A DNA stretch of 36,416 nucleotides from Bacteroidota bacterium (GTDB lineage Bacteria > Bacteroidota > Bacteroidia > Chitinophagales > Chitinophagaceae): assembly GCA_018268175.1 (NCBI GenBank), contig JAFDXB010000112.1, positions 1 to 36,416 on the forward strand. The letters are read 5' to 3'. Below, in pieces: positions 1-9,702 of the stretch; position 1 is the first letter of the stretch; the number at the start of each line of letters is the position of its first letter. The notes beneath the pieces are model-generated. The model made no database searches and was not told the origin of the DNA. It was given only the letters and a program-made list of their open reading frames with translations. Made by a program: the position numbers and the translations under genes.

Positions 1-1889
1 GGCCCCACACTTCTTACAGAAAACCCTCTTAAAGAATTTGTTCCACCAATAATATATTGTTTTGTAAAAGGAAGCAAAGCAGAATTATTATATGGTATTC
101 CAATGCCCAATTGAAAACGGTTTGCAAGATCTAATGTCTTACTTAATTTCCTTGTATATCTTACATCGAAATCAGTTTTAACATATTGGGCAAAAGGAGT
201 TCCCAGAATTTCCTTCTCCCGGAAATGCTTTGCACCGGTAATAAGCCCGGCCAGGTTTCCGGATAAATCAAGCCCTGCGGTAAAGAACCATTGATTTTTT
301 CTGTTTCTACTAAGATGTTTTAGTGAATATGATAAATAAGTTCCCAAAATGGCTTCAGAATATACATTCAGCAGCAAGGAAGGAGTAACGGCTGCTTGCT
401 TCATAAATGTATCTGAAATATTTGTAGCATTAAGATAGCTTAAAGAAAAAGGTGCAAAAGTGAACTGCTGTTTATTATCCGGTTTCCACGTAAAATCATA
501 TTGCGCATGGAAAAGGTTTTTATTGTAAAATAATTTTTTAATGAGCATTTCATAACCTAAACTAATATTAGTAATAGGCGGATAAAAATAATTCTCCGGA
601 ATATTAATAAATGGAATTGCATAGCGCGGAATTCTTAAAGTTGCATCAGCACCAATCCTGTAATTGCTGTTTTTTAAAGAGTCTGAATAACCATATTCAA
701 TACCGCCAAAACCCTTTATACTTAATTCCTCTGAGCCTTTAAAAGTATTTCTGTTCTTCCAGTTAACACTCAATTGTGTTCCCACATAATTATTATCTTT
801 TGAAAAAGCATCTATTCCAAATTGAATTGATTTTTTCTTAGCCGGAGTTAAATAGTAGTAAACATTTAAATTATGGTTAGCAGAATCTGCAATTTCAAAT
901 CTGTTCTTTACAAATTTGAATGAACCAAGGTTTATAAATCTGTTTAAAGTTGCGTTTTGTGTTCTTGTAGAATATAAATCGCCGGGGCGGTATGTGATTG
1001 CTGTTTTAAAAATGCGAGGCTTGAACTTGTTTTCGTTATTTTTTATGTATATACTGTCGTACATAAAAAAATCATTCCGGCTTGTATCTGCATTTATTTC
1101 TGCAAGAGAATACGTTGGATAAACAACAATATCATTTATTTTATACGAGTACTTCGCAACCTCCGGGGTTGTGGATTTCAGATTAAGAAATAAGTTTACT
1201 TTTCTACCGCCAACAGTACTATCCGCATAGGCCATAATATAATCAGGATTGAAAAAATAGTAACCCCTGTTTTTTAAAATTAAATCTAATCTTGTTCTTT
1301 CATTTGCTATATCATCAAGATTATAGCCATTCCCCTTTTTTAGTAGTGATCTTGTCTGCCCTTGAATTCGCCTGAGTTGATTTATAACTTTTATAGAATC
1401 ACCCGGCCAGCTTATTTCATTAATCGTATATTGAGGAAACACCTGCACTGTATAATGAGCTTTCGTAAAATAACTTTTATTGGTTGTATCGCCTTGTGCT
1501 GTTGAATGAAAGTAACCAAGGTTCTCTAAGCGCCCCTCAATATTTTTTGCAGTGTTTTCAGCATTTACGCGACTGCTTAAAACCGGAGGCTCACCTAATT
1601 TATTTCTTAAAAAAGCTTTTAATCCTTTTTCCCGCCGCGGCGGACCTATTGTGTACCACCACCACACTTTCCATGGCTGGCCTAAAAAAAATTTATTAGG
1701 CCTGGGCTGTATTGCTATTTTAATATCAGACTTTATAGATTTTGAAGATGTTGTTAGTTCAGGATGTTTTTCAATTTTTATACTTGCTCCGCGATAAAGC
1801 CTTTCGCCGGGAGGTAAATACCGCTTTACACTGCACGACGATAAAAGCGCAGTTATAACTACTACAAAAAATATTTTACTTTTTAGCAT
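1..1889 (-). CDS. tamL: Omp85/TamA-family outer-membrane lipoprotein (TamL), 3' end runs off the window
   Basis: Not in the ORF track (truncated); ends translated by hand. ATG at 1889 gives MLKSKIFFVVVITALLSSC-SVKRYLPPGERLY (lipobox LSSC). The same frame near the window start reads YIIGGTNSLRGFSVRSVG, the Omp85 (V/I/L)RG(F/Y) lid motif. Overlaps the tamB stop by 14 nt. Confidence 0.88.
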   Translation of the reverse strand, partial: MLKSKIFFVVVITALLSSCSVKRYLPPGERLYRGASIKIEKHPELTTSSKSIKSDIKIAIQPRPNKFFLGQPWKVWWWYTIGPPRREKGLKAFLRNKLGEPPVLSSRVNAENTAKNIEGRLENLGYFHSTAQGDTTNKSYFTKAHYTVQVFPQYTINEISWPGDSIKVINQLRRIQGQTRSLLKKGNGYNLDDIANERTRLDLILKNRGYYFFNPDYIMAYADSTVGGRKVNLFLNLKSTTPEVAKYSYKINDIVVYPTYSLAEINADTSRNDFFMYDSIYIKNNENKFKPRIFKTAITYRPGDLYSTRTQNATLNRFINLGSFKFVKNRFEIADSANHNLNVYYYLTPAKKKSIQFGIDAFSKDNNYVGTQLSVNWKNRNTFKGSEELSIKGFGGIEYGYSDSLKNSNYRIGADATLRIPRYAIPFINIPENYFYPPITNISLGYEMLIKKLFYNKNLFHAQYDFTWKPDNKQQFTFAPFSLSYLNATNISDTFMKQAAVTPSLLLNVYSEAILGTYLSYSLKHLSRNRKNQWFFTAGLDLSGNLAGLITGAKHFREKEILGTPFAQYVKTDFDVRYTRKLSKTLDLANRFQLGIGIPYNNSALLPFTKQYIIGGTNSLRGFSVRSVG

Positions 1890-4800
1890 TTTTCCTTTTT
1901 TGAAACAATTCTTTAAACTTGTCATAATCCATGGTCATTAAAAATCCAACACCTGTTTCCGTTACATAACCATCAAGCACAACCTCAAACTGACTTTTTC
2001 TGTAAGCCTTCAACATATACTTTCCATCTTTGCTAAGTTTATAACCAAAAGTTATATCCGGAATGTAAGCAGTGGATTTTGATGATGCGTTTTGCCCTTC
2101 GAGTTCAAAATTTTTACCAACGGTAACGGTAAGACGATCGTTGAGGAATGATTTAGATAATGATAGGTTTAAATCAGTTTTTTGAACACTACCCGTTCCC
2201 TGATAATCAGTGTAAGACTGCAAGCTTAAATCAACATCAACGCCTTTAAATATATCGTCCGCTATCTGGTTTAAGGCAGATGACAAAAACTGACTAACAC
2301 TTTGGCGTGCAAGTTCATCAAATCCACCTCCTTCGCCGGCAGAGAAGAAATCAGAACTTTGTTCACCAACAAACCTGTTTAATAACAACAATGAGAAAAC
2401 TTGTTTATTCATTGCTGATTCATCTCCACGAAGTTGAATGAGCTTATTTTCAACAGTTGTTCTGAGATTAGAATTAATTTTTGAATCAGATTCCTCATCC
2501 GGTAATTGTATATCGAATTTTATATCAGGCTTACTCATAACTCCTGATAATTTCAAAATTACCCTGTAGGGAATTTTTTGATTAAAAGAATTTGCCAAAA
2601 CAGCATCTGCATTTGCCACTTCATTTGACAGCAATTCCTTTGATGAAGTAGATGCAATGTATTCAGCAGTTATATCAACTCTGGCGTTCATCGGCTCACC
2701 GGCAAATGTAATTGTACTACCCTTATCTAAAACAAACTTCCTTTGCAGGAATTGATAATTTAAAACATAAGAACCTTTATCGAGAATATAAGTACCGGAT
2801 AGTATGATATTTCCCCCCGGATCAACACCGGCATTAAGTTGCGCATCGCCCTGAACCCGAAGCTCATCACCGGTAACGGGGTCTATAACAATGGTAAGAG
2901 CCGCATTTTTACTTATGCTAACATTTAAATTATAATTAAATGACTTTACGAAAGTCGGAGCTTCATCCTTCTCCCTTTTAAATCCTGATTGAGCCTTTGC
3001 AATATCAAAAGTGTCAAGATCAACAAAACGTACAATAGATTTTGACTGATCTTTATCAAAGCTTCTTTCGGGAAGGATAATAGATATATCACTTTCATCA
3101 TTTACAGAAACACTTCCTTCAATTACCGGCGCTTCCGATGTTCCTTTAATATTTATCTCGGTGTTAATTGCGGCGTAGCCGGAAATTTGATTATCAATTG
3201 CCTTCGGCTGATTAACGATTATAAAATCTGTTGCATTTACATCAAGGTTCAAATCGTACTGAGATAATGACCTTGATTTTATAGTGCCGTCAATAACAAG
3301 CGGATGATTCAACGAATCTGTTATCTTAAAATTATTAAAAGATATATTTGGATAGTTTAGATAAATTGTTTGATTATCTATTTTAAGAGGTGCGCCAAAT
3401 TGAGATAATGCAAATGAAGTGGTATCAAAGGTTATTGAGCCATTCCACCGTGGATCAGAAATTTTTCCTGATATAGAAACATTTCCATGAAGTTTTCCTG
3501 ACGACCTCTCTAACTGGCCTCCAGACAAACCTTCCAGCGTTTTAAAATTTAATGATGCAATATCTATATCTCCATCCAATCCTTCCGTATTTAAATTATA
3601 CTTTAATTGTGCCGTTATATCATTGTTGTTGCCTGAAAGTTTTAGTTCTGAGGAAATATTATTTTCATCCTGCTTGGCAGCTGTGAAATTTAAATTACCA
3701 ATTGGATTTTGTTTAAACTCCAGGGCAGTAATACTTGCCTCACCTTGAAATGCAGGTAGGGATTTCTTAAAATCACTAACTACCAAATCTGCATTTAAAA
3801 TGCCTGCAAGAAAAACTGTATCCTTATTAACAAAAGAACTTAAGCTTTTTAAATTAAAATTATCAACAGACACATCAATAGGACTATCAGGAATGTTGTC
3901 ACGGCTGTTAACAGATATCTTTGCTGTATCACTCGTTAATGTAAAATTATTTACAAGAATTCCATTCTTAGAATATTGAAAGTAATTATCAGGGTTCACA
4001 TTCCACGTTTCATAATTTAAGATCATATTGTCGGTTAAGCGAACAGTGTAAACATCATTAGCAGATGCAAGTGTGGCATTCAACCCAAACCATTTTTTTC
4101 CTGATTCATCGTTTGTTAGCACAGAAGTAGAAATGCTATCATTAGCGGCAGCGCCGGAAATATTACTAGAATAAAATTGATTGTTACCGGCTTTTAATTC
4201 TTCAAGTTGCAAATTATAATTTATCTTTTCATTTTTAGAGTTGACAGTAAAGTCCCCACCCTTTAAATCTATTGTATTGTAAACTAAATGAGGAATTTTC
4301 ATTTGAAAATTTAAAGCGCTGTCGCCACGCGATGAATTAAATTGTCCGTCAAAAGTAACTCTGTCAAAACCTTTTAGCCCTTTCACAACATCCATAAAAA
4401 TTGGGTGCGGTTCAATGCTACCTGATATTTCAATTTGCTGAGGCTCAGTTACCGGTTTTACTTTAGCTAAGGGATAATAATTATTAATGTAGTTAATAAC
4501 AGCATCTGAAATTTTAGTATAGTCAAAATCACCGGCAGCGGTTAGGTTTGCGAATTCGCTTTTCAAATAAACAGAATCAATTCCTTCAACAGTCTTGGCA
4601 TAAAGTTCAACCGAATCAAAAGAATAATGTTTGTTTTTAAGATCAACCATTATCGAATCAATTATTGCAAATGCATTTAAGCCATGAGGTTTAAGGCTTT
4701 GAGCATTTACATTTGCAGTAAGAGAAAAGTTTAGAGAATCAGGATATAGCTTTAAGGTTTTTAATTGTGCGGTATCAATCCTTACAAAACCGTTAATAAT

Positions 4801-7101
4801 AGGATAATCACTTTTTACATTTCCACTAATATCAAAATTAAGTTTTAGAGCAGGATCATTGATGTTGCCATTACTTATAATTTCACCGTTATTAAATTTT
4901 GCGTCAATTTTAGCATTGGTATAATTATACCCATTGAATTGCAGTTCAGAAATATCTGTATTAATATTAGACACCATTGTTTTATAATCGAAACCCTTTC
5001 CTTTTGCTACCACATTTACTGATACAATTCCTAAGCTGTCGTTACCAATTAATTTTCCTACGTTGAATTTATAGGTTGAAACATCCAAATCATACCTTGC
5101 AGTTTTAGGGTCGGAAAAATTGTTGATAAATCCTTTCACTGAAGCATCACCATAATCAGTATTTATTCTTACATCAGCTTTCAGGTTGTTAGAATTTCCT
5201 GCCAAAGAACCTTTTGCCGAAATATTTTCCGGAAGTGAAAATCCTTCAGGTAAAGAATTAGGAGGTATGAAACTCAAAATAAAATCACGTGTAAATGTTC
5301 CTTGATTAACTATTACACCATATTTTAATTTAGCCGGATCAGAGAAGTTTTTGACATTTACAACACCATTGAAATTGGCACCGGTAGCTTTAAGGTTAAT
5401 GTTTGCAGCTACCTCTTTTGTGTTTCCTATTAATCTCCCGCTAAAAGCGAAGTTTTCAGGCAAATCTTTAAATGACGCCATTTTATCTGCCGGTACAAAT
5501 TTTAAAATGTCGGATTTTTTAAAATTGCTTCCAAATATTGTGAGATCATAAGCAAACCTTTCTGCATCCTGCAGATTATATAGAACTCCTTTTGCATTGA
5601 TATTACTTCCATCAAGCCCGCCAATTTTTAATGAAGGAATAAATAGTTTCTTTAATGATCCATTAAGACTGGTGTTGATTGAAAGATATTTATTTTTGAA
5701 TTGTGATGGATCTAAAGATTTTTTAATAGCAGGCACTAACAGGTAAATATCATTAAACGCTATTCTGGTATTATTAAGATCAACATCTACAGAGGTTCCT
5801 GCAGGATTAAGTTTTATTCCTTCAATACTATCGTAAGACATTTCAAAATTTCTGCTTATAAAACTTTGAGGTGTTTTAATTACAAGATCTTTAGCATATA
5901 ATTTTTTATTGGAATAGAAAAGGGCAGCAGTGGTTGAATCAAGTACAAAACCACTTTTTTCGTTAAAAGCAAGTTGTTGTATGTTCGCTGAAATAGTATC
6001 CGGCGAAAATGTTAATTCAGAAACATCAGCAAAAAGTTTTGTAGCATTTATGTGATTTAAATCAACACCTTCTGTTGCAGGCGCAACAGTATTATTATTG
6101 AAAATAATGTTGTCATTCTTGAGTGAAATTTTATCAACCAAAAACCTCCAGGTAGATGGTGAAGGAATGTTAGTGGAATCAAAGGTTGAATCAGAAGTTA
6201 CCGGAGTATTAAAAATAATTTCTGATGAATCTAAAGAAATTAATTTAGCTTTTCCAACAGTTTTGGCAACATCAAATAGTGCATCTTCAAGAGTCAAATT
6301 TTTTACATCATTTGAATAAAACATCCCGCTAGTTTTATCATCAACACTAACAGTTACATTGTTTAATTTCAACCCTCCTGCGGTAACAAATAAATTGTAA
6401 GGGCTTAAAATTGAATCGGGAATTTCACCGGGAGTTTTCAACAATGGTTTTCCTGCAAACATTTCCATATTAAACTTCACTCCATCAGCAAAAAAATCTT
6501 TAATTTCAAATGCAAGCCTGTCCGGTTGGAATCGGTTAAGCTCAGTGTTTAAAGTATCTATTGCTGCATTAAAAACAGTTCCACCAAATTGATCATTAAA
6601 ATTTAGTTTTACCTGATTCAATATCAAATTATCTAAAGAAAGTTTTAAAGCTGCTGTATCTTTTACTGTTGTTTCCTTTTTATTACCGGTGAAGGCATCA
6701 ATTATAAATTGATAATTGAATACCGAATCGTTGTTTTGACGATACACTTTTGCTAAAATATTTTTAAGATATACTTTCCTTATGTGTGTATTTCCATTAA
6801 TCAGTTTTAGCATTTCAAGGTCAACTGACAATTCCTCGCCAAACAATAAAGTATCTTTTTTTTGATCTTCGATATATACATTCTTAAGTTCCACCCACTT
6901 TGGTAAACTGTAGTCAATTTCCCCGATAGAAATATTTGTTTTGAGTTTGGAATGAAGAAAACTAACAACGCGATTTTTTACAAATGTTTTCCCTGAATTA
7001 GTATTGAGCCAAATAAAAATTATAACGATAAGTGCAAGTATGCCAAGAATAAGATATAAAAATATCTTTCCTGTTTTTCGCAGTATCGTATTAGCTGTCA
7101 T
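1876..7101 (-). CDS. tamB: Translocation/assembly module TamB (AsmA-like, C-terminal DUF490), 1741 aa
   Basis: N-terminal transmembrane anchor, long beta-rich body and a DUF490-like C-terminus (QVFSLLLLNRF...LNDRLTVTVG...YKLSKDG). Adjacent to an Omp85 gene. Confidence 0.9.
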   Translation of the reverse strand: MTANTILRKTGKIFLYLILGILALIVIIFIWLNTNSGKTFVKNRVVSFLHSKLKTNISIGEIDYSLPKWVELKNVYIEDQKKDTLLFGEELSVDLEMLKLINGNTHIRKVYLKNILAKVYRQNNDSVFNYQFIIDAFTGNKKETTVKDTAALKLSLDNLILNQVKLNFNDQFGGTVFNAAIDTLNTELNRFQPDRLAFEIKDFFADGVKFNMEMFAGKPLLKTPGEIPDSILSPYNLFVTAGGLKLNNVTVSVDDKTSGMFYSNDVKNLTLEDALFDVAKTVGKAKLISLDSSEIIFNTPVTSDSTFDSTNIPSPSTWRFLVDKISLKNDNIIFNNNTVAPATEGVDLNHINATKLFADVSELTFSPDTISANIQQLAFNEKSGFVLDSTTAALFYSNKKLYAKDLVIKTPQSFISRNFEMSYDSIEGIKLNPAGTSVDVDLNNTRIAFNDIYLLVPAIKKSLDPSQFKNKYLSINTSLNGSLKKLFIPSLKIGGLDGSNINAKGVLYNLQDAERFAYDLTIFGSNFKKSDILKFVPADKMASFKDLPENFAFSGRLIGNTKEVAANINLKATGANFNGVVNVKNFSDPAKLKYGVIVNQGTFTRDFILSFIPPNSLPEGFSLPENISAKGSLAGNSNNLKADVRINTDYGDASVKGFINNFSDPKTARYDLDVSTYKFNVGKLIGNDSLGIVSVNVVAKGKGFDYKTMVSNINTDISELQFNGYNYTNAKIDAKFNNGEIISNGNINDPALKLNFDISGNVKSDYPIINGFVRIDTAQLKTLKLYPDSLNFSLTANVNAQSLKPHGLNAFAIIDSIMVDLKNKHYSFDSVELYAKTVEGIDSVYLKSEFANLTAAGDFDYTKISDAVINYINNYYPLAKVKPVTEPQQIEISGSIEPHPIFMDVVKGLKGFDRVTFDGQFNSSRGDSALNFQMKIPHLVYNTIDLKGGDFTVNSKNEKINYNLQLEELKAGNNQFYSSNISGAAANDSISTSVLTNDESGKKWFGLNATLASANDVYTVRLTDNMILNYETWNVNPDNYFQYSKNGILVNNFTLTSDTAKISVNSRDNIPDSPIDVSVDNFNLKSLSSFVNKDTVFLAGILNADLVVSDFKKSLPAFQGEASITALEFKQNPIGNLNFTAAKQDENNISSELKLSGNNNDITAQLKYNLNTEGLDGDIDIASLNFKTLEGLSGGQLERSSGKLHGNVSISGKISDPRWNGSITFDTTSFALSQFGAPLKIDNQTIYLNYPNISFNNFKITDSLNHPLVIDGTIKSRSLSQYDLNLDVNATDFIIVNQPKAIDNQISGYAAINTEINIKGTSEAPVIEGSVSVNDESDISIILPERSFDKDQSKSIVRFVDLDTFDIAKAQSGFKREKDEAPTFVKSFNYNLNVSISKNAALTIVIDPVTGDELRVQGDAQLNAGVDPGGNIILSGTYILDKGSYVLNYQFLQRKFVLDKGSTITFAGEPMNARVDITAEYIASTSSKELLSNEVANADAVLANSFNQKIPYRVILKLSGVMSKPDIKFDIQLPDEESDSKINSNLRTTVENKLIQLRGDESAMNKQVFSLLLLNRFVGEQSSDFFSAGEGGGFDELARQSVSQFLSSALNQIADDIFKGVDVDLSLQSYTDYQGTGSVQKTDLNLSLSKSFLNDRLTVTVGKNFELEGQNASSKSTAYIPDITFGYKLSKDGKYMLKAYRKSQFEVVLDGYVTETGVGFLMTMDYDKFKELFQKRKNAKK

Positions 7102-7130
7102 TAAAACTTAAAAATTTTCTTTACATAATA

Positions 7131-7146
7131 TAAAGAATTATGCCTT
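7131..7146 (-). promoter_or_regulatory. Sigma-54-like -24/-12 promoter for tamB-tamL
   Basis: Minus strand AAGGCATAATTCTTTA (GGCAT-N5-TT-TA), ending 30 nt before the tamB ATG. The same motif occurs at the same distance before two neighbouring genes. Confidence 0.5.
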
Positions 7147-7218
7147 AAATGCGAGGGTGAAATTACGGCAGAGCTATAATATTTTCGGGAAAATAATTCC
7201 CCATGTTAAGATAATATA

Positions 7219-7788
7219 CTATTTTTTGTTCTTCGCCAGCCATTTATTGATAGGTGAACTTTTTGGTGTGTGGTCTTCACTGTTATAATTTTCCTTAGCA
7301 TATTTATCGCGGTGTTTAATCAAAAGCCAACTATTATCATCTGAATTTTTAAGTTTTACCAATGCAAATTCACCTTTAAGTTTTCTTCCCTTCATAGTGA
7401 ATTTTAAATTTCCCTCATGGAGCATTTTTAGGAGGTCTTTTTCCGGGTTATCAGATTTTTCAATTGTTGTGTAGGTTCCTTTATCCCAAATTTCTACAAT
7501 ACCGGCTCCATAGCCGGATGGAATAACTCCTGCAAAATCTTTATAATCATAAGGGTGGTCTTCAACCATCATTGCAAGCCTTTTATCGGCAGGATCTAAT
7601 GATGGCCCTTTTGGTACTGCCCAACTTTTTAAAACTCCCTTCATCTCTAAACGGAAATCATAATGCAGGTGAGATGCCTTATGACGTTGAACCACAAACG
7701 AAAGCGTTTTTTCATTATTACTTTTGCCACCTGTTGGTTCAGGAGATGATTTAAAATCTCTTTTAGATTTATATTTACTTAAACTCAT
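7219..7788 (-). CDS. Stand-alone LigD 3'-phosphoesterase (PE) domain protein
   Basis: Motifs YxxKRDFxxSPEP, FVVQRHKASHLHYDFRLE, LKSWAVPKGPS, VEDHPYDY and YGAGIVEIWDKGTY are the LigD PE signature. Ends at 189 aa with no ligase or polymerase domain. Confidence 0.93.
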   Translation of the reverse strand: MSLSKYKSKRDFKSSPEPTGGKSNNEKTLSFVVQRHKASHLHYDFRLEMKGVLKSWAVPKGPSLDPADKRLAMMVEDHPYDYKDFAGVIPSGYGAGIVEIWDKGTYTTIEKSDNPEKDLLKMLHEGNLKFTMKGRKLKGEFALVKLKNSDDNSWLLIKHRDKYAKENYNSEDHTPKSSPINKWLAKNKK

Positions 7789-8567
7789 TAGCTTGCTTTT
7801 TTACGTTTATTACTGCCAAGACTTTCTTTCAATTGTGCCATCAGGTCATTAGTTTTACTATGCACAACTTTCATTTGAGGCACTTTGGTTTTAATACCTT
7901 TTGCTTTAGCGTTAATTAGTTTTAGTAATTCTTCAGTATATGTGTCTTTGTATTTGCTTATATCAAATTTTGATGTTAGCTGATCAATAAGAGTAACAGC
8001 CATTTTAAGTTCGGCGGGCTTCAAATCTGCTTTAGCAGGAATGTTTAATTCAGCGGTATCTCTAATTTCTTCTTCAAAGCGAATGCGGTTTAAAATTATT
8101 ACATCATCTTGAGCCCTTATAACAGCTAATGCTTCCTTATTTCTAAGGACAAATGTTGCTACTCCGGCCTTCTTTGTTTTTTTTAAAGCTTCTCTAAGAA
8201 GTGAGTAGGCGCGAACGCCGAGCTTATCGGGAACCAAATAATAAGGGGTTTCATAATACACTGAATCTATATCTTCAGCATTTACAAAATCCGTAATTTC
8301 TATTAATTTAGTTTTAACAGCATTTGCTTTTTCAAAATCTTTATCATCAAGAATTACATATTTACTTCCTACCATGTAGCCTTTAACAATATCTGAGTAT
8401 TTTACTTCCTTACCTGTTTTTTCGTTTACCCTTTTAAATTTTATATTGCTTTTGTCATGCTTATCAAGCATGTCCAAATTAAGAGTGCTCGATTCAGTTG
8501 CACTATAGAGTTTTACAGGAATATTTACGAGCCCAAAAGCAATTGCACCTGTCCATATCGGTCTCAT
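7788..8567 (-). CDS. ku: Non-homologous end-joining protein Ku
   Basis: MRPIWTGAIAFGLVNIPVKLYSA start, YYETPYYLVP, YSLLREAL, DLMAQLKESL and a short basic tail. Stop overlaps the PE start (TAATG). Confidence 0.97.
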   Translation of the reverse strand: MRPIWTGAIAFGLVNIPVKLYSATESSTLNLDMLDKHDKSNIKFKRVNEKTGKEVKYSDIVKGYMVGSKYVILDDKDFEKANAVKTKLIEITDFVNAEDIDSVYYETPYYLVPDKLGVRAYSLLREALKKTKKAGVATFVLRNKEALAVIRAQDDVIILNRIRFEEEIRDTAELNIPAKADLKPAELKMAVTLIDQLTSKFDISKYKDTYTEELLKLINAKAKGIKTKVPQMKVVHSKTNDLMAQLKESLGSNKRKKAS

Positions 8568-8586
8568 AATTTTTTAATTTAATTGT

Positions 8587-9702
8587 TCAACTATGATAAG
8601 CTTTTTGAAGAATTGCCATAATTATTTCTTCTTCCGGCGATAAAAGGCCATTTTCTTTATTTTCTAAATACTGTTCATACTTTTTAAAATAATTTCTAAG
8701 AGTATGGTTCTCATAAAAATTAAATACATCAGGATGAATGTAATATTTCTTACAAACAGCCCTTGTATTTCCCAACAAAGCAGCAACTTTATCTAAAGTT
8801 GTTACAATATTTTTTTTAATGGCTGAGGCTGTTTCGCTTTCCCCACATTCTTTAAGGCTAAGAAATGCATTAACTGTGCCAGCCCACGTCCTGAAGTCTT
8901 TTGCAGTAAAGTTAGATCCGCTTATTTCTTTTATGTAATCATTTAGCATCCCTGAATCTATGGGATGTTTATTTCCGTTATCATCATAATATTGAAACAA
9001 TTCCTTTCCCGGTATTTCTTTGGTTTTCTGAACAATACTTGCAAGTTTTCTGTTTTTAAGGTTAATAACATGTTCAACACCCTTTTTTCCTTTGAACGAA
9101 AATTTTAAGGTTCCTCCGTTAATTGTAACATGCTTATTCTTCATAGTAGTTAGTCCGAATGAGCCATACAATTTTTCATATACTTCATTACCAATTCTTA
9201 TATTAGTTTGCTCCATTAAACTTAATACCGTAGCAAGAATCTTTCGTTCATTAAGTTCTTTGCAAGCCAGATCTTTATTCACCTGCTCTCTTATATTTGG
9301 CAACGCTTTTCCGAAATCTATCATTCTGTAAAATTTTGTATGGTTTCGCAAAGCATTCCACAGTTCATGGTATTTGTATTGCTTTCTTCCTCTAACATCA
9401 ATTCCTGTAACTTGCAAGTGGCCGTTATCTTTTTCGCATATCCAAACGTTTGTCCATGCAGGTGGTATTACCAAATGCTTTATGCGCTGCAGAATTTCCT
9501 GATCTTTTATTTGTTCGCCTTTAAAAAAGTATTTAAAATTGGGAGCCCGGCCTTTTCTTTCTATTCCCGGCTGATGATCAGAAACATAACGTAAATGCAT
9601 AGCTTTAGCCGAAAGTTCCGGATCATGCATTAACTTTTTTAATTTTTTAGCCGGTATTTTATTTATGATATTGGTATCAACCGTTGATGATTTCGCCGCC
9701 AT
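8587..9702 (-). CDS. Bacterial (poxvirus-like) DNA topoisomerase IB
   Basis: IPPAWTNVWIC, GHLQVTGIDVRGRKQYKYH and the catalytic set RIGNE / KGKKG / KDFRTW / LGNT / CKKYYIHP. Start moved from 9816 to the ATG at 9702 (MAAKSS) to avoid a long overlap with the SDR gene. Confidence 0.94.
   Translation of the reverse strand: MAAKSSTVDTNIINKIPAKKLKKLMHDPELSAKAMHLRYVSDHQPGIERKGRAPNFKYFFKGEQIKDQEILQRIKHLVIPPAWTNVWICEKDNGHLQVTGIDVRGRKQYKYHELWNALRNHTKFYRMIDFGKALPNIREQVNKDLACKELNERKILATVLSLMEQTNIRIGNEVYEKLYGSFGLTTMKNKHVTINGGTLKFSFKGKKGVEHVINLKNRKLASIVQKTKEIPGKELFQYYDDNGNKHPIDSGMLNDYIKEISGSNFTAKDFRTWAGTVNAFLSLKECGESETASAIKKNIVTTLDKVAALLGNTRAVCKKYYIHPDVFNFYENHTLRNYFKKYEQYLENKENGLLSPEEEIIMAILQKAYHS

Noticed and set aside
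916-6319. Short + strand ORFs (916, 1484, 1552, 5351, 6098)
   Set aside because: They are antisense shadows of tamL/tamB with no recognisable motifs.
7187-7202. GGGAAAATAATTCCC as a Bacteroidota LexA box or terminator
   Set aside because: The spacing is GGA-N7-TCC rather than the reported GGA-N5-TCC, the stem is short, and there is no U tract.
7102-7218. Remnant of ligD ligase/polymerase downstream of the PE gene (pseudogene)
   Set aside because: Only 117 nt, no recognisable ligase motifs, and it contains the tamB promoter-like motif.
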